From Diplonema japonicum (taxonomy: Eukaryota; Protista; Euglenozoa: Diplonemea), in the NCBI GenBank assembly GCA_964019335.1, contig OZ025680.1:310001-374000 (forward strand): a stretch of DNA of 64,000 nucleotides. The letters run 5' to 3'. Positions 38,354-49,654 of the stretch are shown here, piece by piece (the stretch's first letter is position 1; each line of letters begins with the position of its first letter). The notes beneath the pieces were generated by a model. It was not told where the DNA came from. It saw only the letters and a program-made list of their open reading frames with translations, and did no database searches. A program made the translations under genes and the position numbers.

Positions 38354-41300
38354 TTAACTCAGACTGAAACTCCCGGAGCCCAATCTAATTGCCTGGCGGA
38401 GCTGTGAGTAACAGTTAGAGGGAGAGGGGGGGGAAAAAAAAGAAAAATTGTCCATTTTATGCATACCTTATCAGAGAGAACTTCTTTCGTAGGGTAAATG
38501 GGCAGCTTAAGATATCTTTAAAAATTACTCTTTTTTGTTGTTGGCCCATACCTAAAACAAGTATTACAAGATGGTAAATACATGCTATCGTCCTCTTCCT
38601 TTCCGTCCTTCCCAGAGGTTTTTCTTACGACGGTGATTTTCCCGAGTGCAGAGATCCCCCCGACTGGTAAGCGGGGGCAGCCGGTTGCCCAGTTGAGGAA
38701 CTCGCGCTGTTCCCGGGGAGAGAAGTCATCGCACAGAATGGAGATAAGGTGTTTGATGCATCTTTTTTTTTTTTTTTTTTTTCCCAAAAAAAAAAAAAAC
38801 AAAATGTTACACACCTACTGTCGGATGAATACCCATGGTCAGCGATGATGGTGGCTGTGAGCTCCTCCTTCGTCCACAATGCATCATGTGGGTTTACAGC
38901 AAGCCCGCACATCATTTCAGAGAGTTCAACATCGCTGTATGCGTGCAACACGCTCACAGGAAGAACCTCCTCGAACCCCTGTGATGTCGATTTTTTTTTT
39001 TTTTTTTTGTGTGTGTGGGAGGAAATAATACCAGCACAAACGCGCCCACCCTGTCCTTCACCGCCCCGAACAACATCTGCTCGATAGCGAGATGAAGGAA
39101 CGTCCTCACGTTGTCGCAGTTCACAGGGCTGTTCTCCCCGTCCGGCTTCAGCTGGATATCGTCCCTCCCAGGAAGGGTGAAGTAATAGTATCCTGTTTTT
39201 TTTCCCCTCATTTTTTTTCTTCTCACCCTCCTACATACCATCGCTGCCGGGAAGCAGTGATGCCTCTTCTGCGAGTTTTCGTTTCTTCTCGGGGTGTGGT
39301 TCAGCATCATAAGATGTCGAGAAGTCGGAAAGGAAGAGCAGGGACTTGCCTACAAGGGGATCTATGTCAACCACGTCCTGCAGTGTGACGCAAACCGGGG
39401 CAGGGTGGGAGGTGAAGAGCCTTGCAACACGCAACAGCGTGCTGGAGATAGGGATGTCGAGCAGTCTGCCGTCTAGCACAGCCCGTGCAGCGAGCCTTCC
39501 TAACAGCTGGAACCTACCCATGTCTGATGGGCCTGCTTCCATGGGTGATGGTGAAGGGAAGCAGCCCACTTCTGGCGGCATAACATGTTCCTTGACGACG
39601 TCGCCCTTCCACATTTTGAACGAATCCTGCTGAAGGTCTTTTGACACCACGGTGAAGAATTCCAGGGTGGGCCCGAGCCCTGTCCCTTCCTCTCCCTCGT
39701 ATTGTATTTCCAAAGGGAACCTCCTCCATGTTGTGGCGCTGAGCAGATTGTTCGCGTTATTCAGCAGCTTCTCCCTGTCTATCGACATGGGTGTTCCTTG
39801 GCTGGGAAGCATCTCCGGTTGTATGACATCTGCGTTGGGGATCCTGTTCCGCATCTTGACGCACTTGATGAAGTGCTTCATCGCGTTGCTTGTCATAAAG
39901 CTTGTGAACTCCTTCCTTGCGCCCAGTGGGAACAAGAACCCACACGCTGCAGGGAGGGTCGAACACCAGTCGGGTGCTCCATGCTCGCCGAAAACAGCGA
40001 TCTTGACAGCATTCGCAGCAAGCGCCTGCATCAGCTTCGCTGTGAGGTGAGGGCATTCAAGGAATTTTGGTGGTAGAGGTATCACCGTCTCGCTCGCAAT
40101 GTGAAGTACCTTCAACACCTGCAGCAAGGCGAACAGCTCCTGGTCGCGGACGCTGGCTGCCAACCCAGCCGAGTCTTTTATTATCTTGTCGATCTTCCAA
40201 AATAGGGCTTCTTGATTCGACAGGAAAACTTCAGGCCGTGCTCCGGGTTCTTTGAGCCGCGCTGTGGTGTCCCACTTGAGATCGACAACGACCTCCCAGA
40301 TGTCGCTGAAGGACTCGATGCCTTTTTTCAGCGCGTCCTGCTTTGTTACAAGTACCTCAAGACGCTGCTTGCAGTCGGTAATAGCCTGCATGTCCTCTGG
40401 TGAGGGGGATTTCTTCTTCTTCTTGTCGTCTTTTTTAGACTGCAGTTTTGTCAGCTTCGCCTTTAATGCGGCGATTTTCTTATTTACCTTCTCGAGGGAC
40501 TCCTGTGGAGAGGTGCCTCCTTGCCCGAACATCCGTTCAAGCTGCATGAGACCTACCTCGCAGGTTTTAAAGCAGTGCTGCCGCATGACGTCCATCATGG
40601 TGGCTGTCTTTGGGAGCGGTCGGCCGTTGAGGTAGAAAGTGTGTACCACAGGAGGGCTGAGGTCAGCTGAAGCTTCCTTAGGTGCGCGTGCTTCGTCGTA
40701 GAGGGACGCCCTTGACCCGTCCACGAACACGACGCTCTCGGAGGAACCCTCGTCTTCTTCGTCGTCTTCCATCATGAAGGTGTCTTCGTTCATTCCTCGC
40801 AGGATCTCCAGTACAGTGCTGTCAGCACCCTCCACCGCAGCAAGCCCTTCAAGCATTGTCCTCGCAGAGCTCCCCGTCAGTATCCGCATCCCGTTCGACG
40901 CGGGCATCACCCCTCCTGCCGCAGTCACACTTGCCACAAAACTCTCCAAGCACCCCATTGTAGCCAGCGGATCCACCGTAATTACCTTTTCGGCTTCCTT
41001 CACGGGGCTTGGGCTGAGCCTCACCTTGAAACCCTTCCTCCCGATAGACCGCAAAAAGTCAACAGCGTCAAGCCGTGGGATGTTACCCGTCGTTTTCTGC
41101 TTTTTTATTGTGTGATCCGCCTTCTCGAGTGGGGCGGAGAGTGGGAGCGTCTCAATGGACACCACAGACTGCCTCAAAAGCATCGCAAGTGTCGCAGCGC
41201 CGTTCGGGTTGGCCTTCAGGGCTGCCATGAATTCTGTATACCTGGTGTGCCGGATGTTGGCGTCGTCACACTCGAACCAGTGCAGCAACGCGACGGCAAG

Positions 41301-43355
41301 GCCGCTGTTCGAGAGCTCTGTGAGACACACGTCGCGGGAGATATCCTGCATGACATTCAGGACCTCCGTGAGAGCACCGGGAGAGCCTTTTGAAATCTTT
41401 GCAGTGAGTGCTTTGAGCTTCTTCCCAGATTCTTGTGGAGCGGTGCTTGAGAGGTAAGTATCGACCAGTCCTGTAACGCGTTTGGTGAGCTTCTGCGGGA
41501 GCGCTTTAGAGTTCGCCATGATGGTGGATAAAGACTCCTGCAGGCCACCTTTCTTCAACTGCTGCAAGATGGTGGCAGACCCGCCTACCGCTGCAAGGAG
41601 CTCGACGGTCAGCAGCGCATGGTCCAGTAGAACGATCTCACTGGCACCCTTCCCAAGCAGTGTGATCAGCGATGATGTCAGCACAGCAGCCGATTGCTGT
41701 AGTTCATCTGACAAGTACGCCCAGCCTGCACCCTTCACCTGCACGGCGGCAACCACTGTGTAGACACACCTGGCAAGGGTTTCCGTGGCCCACTCTCTCG
41801 TCGAGGTATCACTGCTCTGGATGGCAAATAAGGATAGAGGTGCTGCCATGGTGCTGAAGAGCTTTTTAGCGAGGGCGGGGCCCTTGTCAGAGGAGTAGAT
41901 GCTGTTGGGGTGCAGGACAGCTGCTTTGATAACGGGGGGCTCCGATTTGTCCGATGACTTCCGGCTTTTTTTAGAAGGGGAAGGGATGGTGGGCTCCTTG
42001 ACGATCTCCTCGAGGCGTTGGTAGCCGGTGGGGAGGGCCTGGCGCTTCACGTTACGTGCGACGCCTGTGCCGGGGTTCGTCTGCTTCATGACGTTCATGT
42101 CAACGTTATAGCCGCTGGACTTCGCGGTGATCGGCTGCTGGGACACACCATCTTGGAAACCCTTTTCAAGCAGCCGCTGAGTACTTGTCTCATAAGGGTT
42201 AAGCGCATGGAAATCGTCTTCCCATTCCCATTGATGTATTCTAATCACCTTCGGCACCTGTGAACACAACACTGTCGAAGGAAGCACCGACGTCATGCAG
42301 TACACAAGGTACAGGATATCGCTGCGAAGGTCTAAAGTGCTCTTTGTGCCGGATCCAGACGCGCGTTCGATTTCTTTTTGCAAGCCGAACGGGTCTTTCA
42401 GGATGCTGGAGAAATCTTGCTGTTCGGGGACGAGTATCTCCATGAGGGTTTTAGGAAGCAGCGGGTCGTTGTGGAGGATAGGGGTCACGACCGCTGGGCC
42501 AATAGAGCAAAGCACACCCAAGGTTTTCAGGAGTGTAGATTGCTGCCGTTCATCGCTTTGCGCGGTGGCCTTCTCAAGAAGCTCAGTAAAGTGCTGAATA
42601 AAACCTTGTTCGGCGATGTATTTCATGATATCGGGGACGCTGCGGTGGCATCGTTCGACTAAGGTGCACAGGCAGCAGCATGCAGCGACAGCAACGCTTT
42701 TACTCCCTCCTTGGTCAAGGTCCTTGATGCTCAGCGTCGCCAGAAGACCTTGCAAACTCGGGAGAATCTCCTTTCGTATGGTGTCGATCATCTTTCCCGG
42801 CGACGTGGACGACCCGTACGAGAATTTCAAGACTTTTTTCGCGCGGGGTTTTGACGCAGAGGGGTCCATGTTGATCTTTAAAATAATATTTTCCAAAATG
42901 GAAATCGATGTTGGGTGCAGTCTCCGGTCTTGTCGTTCCATTGAACTTATGGTGGCGGGGACCACACTGTTTTGAAGAAGTGCGCCGGTAGAGTCGTCTA
43001 TCGAAATATACTTCAAAATCTTCAAAAGCTCTTCCATCTTATCTACGTCGTAGCACTTTTTCAACGCCCCCACCAGCTGCGGGACCCCGCTAATCGCCAC
43101 CAACACTTCTGACGACCTCGGGACGTACTCCAACGCCAGCGCCATGCACCTGTACGCCATTACACCAACTATCTCATTGTCACCACTCTTCTTGCTCACC
43201 TCCAGCAACACCCTCATGCCCATCTTTACATCAAACGCACGTATCACCTCTTCAATCCCGAAGCAGAGGAGGTTGCTGAGCTGCTCCAAGGTCTCCATTA
43301 TAATGTTCAGATCGCTCGTGCGAGACAGCGCGTTGAGGTGTTCATTGGGATCCAT
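38354..43355 (-). CDS. TRIP12: TRIP12/Ufd4-like HECT E3 ubiquitin ligase (ARM-WWE-HECT), ~1582 aa; exons 43355-39239, 39192-39032, 38978-38815, 38761-38552, 38515-38467, 38401-38354
   Basis: WWE-like QWEWEDD..PYE..YNVDMNVMKQTN..RNVKR; EEGTGLGPTLEFF; FTLPG. Splicing five introns gives the catalytic LPSCNTCFRYLKLP and the terminal FSLS*. Confidence 0.9.
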
Positions 43356-43511
43356 TTTTCTTCCCCACCTCTTTCTTAATTTTTAATTTTATTTTGTTTT
43401 TTGTGTGTTTTTTTTCTTCTCTCTTTTTTTTTTTACAAAGACAAAAATAGTTGTCAAATAGAAAAAAAAGAGAAGAAAAAAAAAAAGGTACAGTCATTTA
43501 CATTTCTACTC

Positions 43512-44000
43512 CTAATAATAATAATGGGTAACGGATCCCGACGGGATCTGAGGGGACATGGAGACAGGCCGTGGGGGATGGTACGATGGTTGTTGCGACA
43601 AAGACACAGGCCGTGGGGGGTGGTACGATGGTTGTCGTTGTTGTTGTTGTTGTAGTTGCAGTTGTTGCTGGGGAGGGGCACCTAGTAAGCAGTTAAGCTG
43701 TCGCTCGACGGTGGAGAGGCGGGTCTCAAGGCTCTCTGTAGAGCGTGCTGAGTGAGCGTGGCCAACCTCTTTTGTTTCACGCTCGGCCACCAGTGTCGTT
43801 TCCCTCAGACCGCTCATCCTACTTTCCTGTGGAACAGGGTATGAAGGTGGGGGCGGGGATGTTCGCAAACTGCTGTTGTCACCGCTGCCCACTACCACAT
43901 TGCGGTCTTCCACCACCTGTCGCCCTCCGCTCCATGACATCACCCTCTCCACACTGTCTTCCAGGGCTATGTTAATCGTCACTATGGGCCGGATACGCAT
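43512..44000 (-). CDS. Hypothetical protein, 162 aa, with short coiled coil and duplicated QPSYHPPRPVS
   Basis: A-tract-ATG start; homopolymer-free ORF. Confidence 0.6.
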   Translation of the reverse strand: MRIRPIVTINIALEDSVERVMSWSGGRQVVEDRNVVVGSGDNSSLRTSPPPPSYPVPQESRMSGLRETTLVAERETKEVGHAHSARSTESLETRLSTVERQLNCLLGAPPQQQLQLQQQQQRQPSYHPPRPVSLSQQPSYHPPRPVSMSPQIPSGSVTHYYY

Positions 44001-44132
44001 TTTTTTTTTTTTTTTCCCCCAATAATATCCTCCGACACCCCCCGATCCTCTTTTTTTTTTTTTTTTCGTAACGCTAAAGGATAGGCTTTTCAGAAGAAAA
44101 CTGTTACTCCCCACCCATACCCACGTGTAATT

Positions 44133-44165
<33 letters not shown>

Positions 44166-44172
44166 CTTTGTC

Positions 44173-44427
44173 TCACAAGCCCAGTCCCATTCCACCCATA
44201 CTGTGATGTATGCTATGGTGTATCTTGTCAAGTTCTCTCAAATTGTTGTGCAGTTGCCTCTCAACCTTAGTGATGGTTTTGTCCATGCCCTGTAAGCCCT
44301 TTCGGAGCTGTTTTGACACCTGCTTAGGTTGCGCACATGCGTCAGACTCTCTGTGGTTGTGTTGTGGTGATTACGTATTTTTTTTTCCATACCCAAAATC
44401 ATCATCAAATCCTGCTGCCCCGCTCAT
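44173..44427 (-). CDS. Small predicted coiled-coil protein, ~70 aa; exons 44427-44393, 44350-44173
   Basis: A 42-nt GTATGG..CAG intron joins MSGAAGFDDDFG to ESDACAQPKQVSKQLRKGLQGMDKTITKVERQLHNNLRELDKIHH..; both ends are uncertain. Confidence 0.5.
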
Positions 44428-44883
44428 CCTCTTGTGTTTACTGTTTTCTTTTTTTTTTTTTTTTTTCTGTAAACCTTTTCTTCAGTTCCCCCAAGATTAA
44501 CATTAAAAGAGAAGAAATAAAAAATAAAGTACCATATTCTTTTTTGGACCTGCGCCCTTCCCTCCCTGCCTTTTGATTCTTTTTTTATAAAGGCCTCTTA
44601 TGGGGGAGAAAAAAATTTTTTTGATGTCCTTAGTGGGGAAGGGGAAGAAAAGAGGAGGAAAAAAAAACCCCTTGACACCACAAGGAAAAACGAGGCCAAG
44701 GCAACCTCCAACAATTCCTAAGGATGGTGATAGAGAAAAAAAAAAGAAAAGAAAGAAAAGGGGGGAAAAGCTGGGGGGTGGAGTGAGGATCTAGGGCAAC
44801 CTGATGAAGTGTTTGCTAGGAATAAGGCTGCATCTCATTTATTTTTTTCTCTTTTCCTGAAGGGGCGGAGTGCTTTCGTTCAC

Positions 44884-44889
44884 TTACCT

Positions 44890-44922
<33 letters not shown>

Positions 44923-47900
44923 TTTTGTTTTGTTTGTTTGTTTGTTTGATGGACATACCTTCTTCCCCCTCTTCTGCTTCCCATCGCCCTTCTAATGTTT
45001 GGTGAAGGAGATGCACCTTTTTTTTTTTTTTTTTTTTTTTCCCCTCCCAAATTGAGAAATGTTACACACCGATGGTAAAGGCAGGGGTTCCCACCGGGCT
45101 TGGTGTAGTCACCATCGCTGCACTAGCACCGCCGGTAAATGGGTTGGATCTGGTGGTGTGTTCATAATGTTTATTTACCCTATTCATACCCTGGGGTGTT
45201 GAACGCTGCACCAGGGGTGAACCCCGCAGGAGGCGGTGTTGAAGGGGGGTTGAACGCGAAAGCCCCACCCGCAGCGGGCGCGGGTGCAGACGCCCCAAAG
45301 GCACCACCGCCGAACCCTGCAGGGGCAGCAGGAGCCGCAGGGGCCGCCCCCCCAAATGCGAAACCACCCCCAGCAGCAGCACTGCTGCCTGGAGTGCCAA
45401 AACCGCCAGAACCGAAGGGGCTTCCTGCGCCTGTTGCTGGCGGAGTGGCATACGCACTTGGTGCTGAGCTGGACATGCCGAAGCCACCGCCAAAGCCTCC
45501 GGGCGCAGCTGCTGAACCGGGCATGCCGAAGCCAGGTGCTACTGCCGCGGAGCTTGCTGGTGATGCGCTAAAACTGGCACCGAAACCACCTGCACTGGCA
45601 CCAAATCCCCCACCAAAGCCTGCCGCAGAGGTAGCTGCCCCTCCGAACGCACCTGCTGCCGCACCAAACCCACCGCCACCACCGGGCGCCCCGTACGCCG
45701 CGGAGCTTGCTCCTCCACTTGCAGCCCCGAACCCGCCAAAGCCAGCGCTGGGGTCTGCCCCCGAGGTGGCTCCAAACGAAGGGGCCCCGAAACCTGCACC
45801 GCTTGAGGCCCCGAAGCCACCGGCGAAGCCTGCAGCGCTGGAAGCTGGTGCAGATGCAGATGCTCCTCCGAAGCTGAACGCACCCGCTGCAGCGCTGGAA
45901 GCAGGTGCAGGTGGACCACCGAAGCCGGACGCGGCCGGTGCCGCACCAAAGCTGAATGCGTCTGCGCCTGGAGCGCTGCTGGAGGCTCCGACAGCAGGAG
46001 CCCCGAAACCTGCACCGCTGGAGGCGCCAAACCCGCCCGCACTTCCGGGCGCACCGCCAAATGAGAAACCGCTTGCCGCTGATGCTGCACTTGAGACCCC
46101 AAAGCCACCTGAAGTAGCACTGGCAGACGCCCCAAAAGTAAAGGGGCTAGCACCACCGGCACTGGGGGCACTGGGTGCAGGAGCACCGAAACCAGCTGCT
46201 GCACTCGAAGACGAAGCACCGAAAGAAAAAGCACTTGCTGCTGCTGCACTGCTCATAGGAGCTGCACTGCTCATGGGGGCTGCATCCATCGAAAAACCAC
46301 CTGAGCTAGCTGCCGGGGATGCACTGAAGGAGAAACCAGGGGCAGCGGGTGCACTGCTTGACGCAGCAGCCATCGAAAAGCCACCTGAACTAGCAGGGGT
46401 GGCAGTGCTTGAGGCAGGGAAAGAGAAAGCGTCACTTGCAGCAGGCGCTGGGCTGCTTGAGGAAGCAGCCCCGAAGGAGAAGCCACTGCCACTGCTCCCA
46501 GTTGTGGCACCTGCACTAAGAGAGAAACCACCCTCTCCGCTAGATGAAGCACCGAAAGAGAAACCACTTGCACTACTTGCTGAAGAGCTCCCCGCACCAC
46601 TTGATGAAGCACCGAAGCTGAACGCACTACCACTCGAAGCACTGGATGCTGCGCTGCTTGAGGATGCCCCAAAGGAGAACCCACCTCCACTTGAGCTGCT
46701 GCTTGCACCACCAGCAGAGCTGCTGCTACCAAAGGAGAACGCGCCAGCGGAGGTGCTCGCACCAAAGGAGCTGGAGGAGCCCGAAGAGGATGCACCGAAG
46801 CTGAACCCACCGGAAGAGGTGGAACTAGAGGCCGCAGATGATGCTCCAGTTGAAGAACCGGAGCCAGTACTGCTCGAAGCGGTGAAGCTAAAAGCCCCTG
46901 CACTGGAAGAGGAAGAGGTACCTGTAGATGAGGAGCTGGATGCACCGAAAGAGAACCCATCGGAGGGCGTGCTGCTGGTGGGTGCGGAGAAGCTGAGAGA
47001 TGATGACGAGGTGCCAGCAGCGGGGGCGTCATTCTTAGAAGGGTCTGGGTTGGTGGGTGCAGGAACAGGAACACCCTTCCCGACCTCTTCACTGTCGTCG
47101 CCCACCATCATGAAACGCTGCCTGAACTTTGTCGACTTGTATGAAGACTGCCGCGTGAGGGGCACATCGGAGGTGCTCCGCAACAGCCCCGCCGTCTCCT
47201 TTTCCCGCTTCGGCGGTGGCATGTCATCGTCCGAGGCGGGCGACGTGGTGATGATAATGCCGGCAGTGCGCTTCTTCTTGGCGGCACCCAACACCGAGTC
47301 CCAATTGCGCTTGAGAATGGGCCCGCTGGGTTCAGGCGTGGCTTTCTTCTGCTTCTTTGCAGCCGACGCTGACGCTGTCCCTGTTTCCAAGTCCTTCCGC
47401 TTTTTCTTCCTTTTCTTCTTTTTTTCCGCGATCTCGGGCAGAACAGGCCTGGGGGGCAGTAAGGGTGCTTCTTTCCCAGACGAAGCTTCCTTGACAATCT
47501 CTTCAGTGACGCCTGTGTAGCAGGCGGGGGTTACAAAGGTGAAAGTGGTGTCAGGAGTCGTAGTAGTGGGGTAGGTGTGCGTGGGGAGGCTAGGTGTTGC
47601 GTCCCATGAGGTGGATGTCCAAGTTTTCCCTACGGGCTTGGGGGGAGGGGTATCGACAAGGCCAGTGTCGGGGGCAGAGGGGCAGTATGAATTCTTGCTG
47701 TACGCAGCATTCACCGTTGGAGGACGCGTGGCTGGGGGGATTCCCCATGGGGCCCCTGAACCACAGGGCAGTGGGCCATTGCGGGCAAACCTGGGCCGTA
47801 CTGATGCGTCTTCTGCTCCACTGTACGCGTGCTGTTGCGATCGCTGCTGTTGATATTGTTGCTGCTGCTTGTGCAACCTCTGTTGCTCTGCTAGCGTCTG

Positions 47901-48083
47901 TGGTGGTTCAGGGTACACTCGCTGAGGGGTCACGCTTCTCCGCACTGGCCTCTCACGCTTTCGCTGTTCAATGATCCTTCTGCGGGTGTTCATTGCCTGG
48001 GTTTGCTTTGCATTCATCACCAGGCATCCAATAATGATTGCCAGCAGGCATGCTACAGCCACCGTCTGCAGCCACTCGAACAT
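44884..48083 (-). CDS. FG-repeat nucleoporin with N-terminal hydrophobic anchor (POM121/Nup153-like architecture), ~1011 aa; exons 48083-45190, 45149-45070, 45016-44959, 44887-44884
   Basis: Many FSFG/FG repeats, basic NLS-like clusters and an N-terminal hydrophobic helix. The spliced C-terminus is FTIGASPSPNIRRAMGSRRGGRR*. Confidence 0.8.
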
Positions 48084-48520
48084 TGTCCCCCTTCTTGTAA
48101 AAAGGTTTTGTTGTCCAAACGAGAAAAAAAAATAGCGTGATTTTTTTTATGTTCTCTGGTCTTTTCTTTTTTGAAACTCTTTTTGTTCCCCCCCCTCCAT
48201 TACTTCTGAAAGACCCCGATCTTTATTTATTTTTGCGGCTGTCGTTCTCTTTTCACCCCCCCCCCCTCGTTATCGGAATACGGACCCTTTTGAAGGGAAA
48301 AAAAAAGATGAAGGGAACCTGCAGTATGACCAGTATCGCTTAACGACAATCACCTCATCCAGGTTGCTACCATTCTGTCGTGGTGTTGCCTTCGGCCCGT
48401 GCAGCTTAGCGAGCGTGCTCAGGATACAGGGGGGGAAAAAAAAAGAAGAAAACCATTAAGGCAGAATATCGGTGGTTAGTACAGAAAAAAAAAAAGGAAA
48501 AAAAAAAAACGACCCTTCTT

Positions 48521-49501
48521 CTAAACAGCCTCACATTCCTCTTGATCATCGTCGAATTCATCTAAAGAAGAAGTAATTTCAACATGGTTTAAGGTAGCGT
48601 GCATATCCGGAATGTCAGAAGGATGGAAGCAGCATGCTCCGAAAGGCTTGGTACTAGATGACAGACCTTCTTGCGATGCGGACATACAAACAAGGAAACC
48701 AACGTAATATGTGGAGCCAAGACCGGCGAAAAGATGCCAGAGAGCGTGAAAGGGAACAATTTTCGTCTCCCAGCCTCGGTTGGGGCTGGGTTTGAAGTGA
48801 CCGTGATCGTCTTCCTCAAGACACCGGAAGTGTTCCCACAACCACATCGCAAACCCCAGGTTGTAAAAGACAAATGCTGTTTTGAAGTGTTTTTTCGCAG
48901 AGGCGCTGTTTTCCCCTTGGCGGAAGCATGAGGTCGTCGCGACCGGGTAAAGAACAAGGAAGGAAACAGCAACAAAGTACGCCAGGAAGAACAGAACATA
49001 AACCTTTAAGAAAACGTACGATATTATAGCTGCACCGCAGAAGACAGCTATTGTAGTCCCCAACCACCAGTCGAATGTTGGTGAGCCATCGCCTACCCTT
49101 GGGTCGGATTTCAACATGATATAGATAAACACAGCAGATGCCATTAGCATCGGTACCTCATCTAGGTACTGAGGGACTTCTCGCAAAGTTGCATGGAATG
49201 CGGCACTTCCCAGACCTACGAAGCTGACGGTGAGGTATGCTAAAGTAAACTCGAACCCCCTCGCAGTGACGTGGTGCTTCCTCGAAAGGTGCCATCCCAC
49301 CAGTGCTGAGATGGTGATGAGCAAACTGCTGGCTGTGTTCAAAAACTCCGCCACGAACGATAGAACTACGTAGTTGGCCTTTTTTTTTATTTATTTTTTT
49401 TAAAGCTTTTTTTAAATTTTGTTGGATACCTCACACCAGTCAACTGAGCTGTCCACGCATCCCCAAAACCCGCAGTCTTCAGGGGGCTTGGTCATAGACA
49501 T
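48521..49501 (-). CDS. ACER3: Alkaline ceramidase (CREST family), ~309 aa; exons 49501-49430, 49378-48521
   Basis: Spliced FWG..SSVDWCE|ANY..AEFLNT; GLGSAAFHATL; DEVPM; HALWHLF. Confidence 0.92.
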
Positions 49502-49654
49502 CACCCCTCTCCCCTGTTGTGGTATACAGTATTACACATTTGAACAAATTGTAGAAATGGGTGGGAAAAAAAAAAGGGGGTAAAAACCATGCTCCTGTAA
49601 AGGGCCGATGGTTTCTTCTTTTTTTTTCCCTTCTTCCCCCCCCCCCCCCCCCCT

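Noticed and set aside
45139-47520. 793-aa plus-strand ORF
   Set aside because: It is the antisense shadow of the low-complexity Ser/Ala/Gly/Phe nucleoporin codons, has no domain signal, and runs against the cluster direction.
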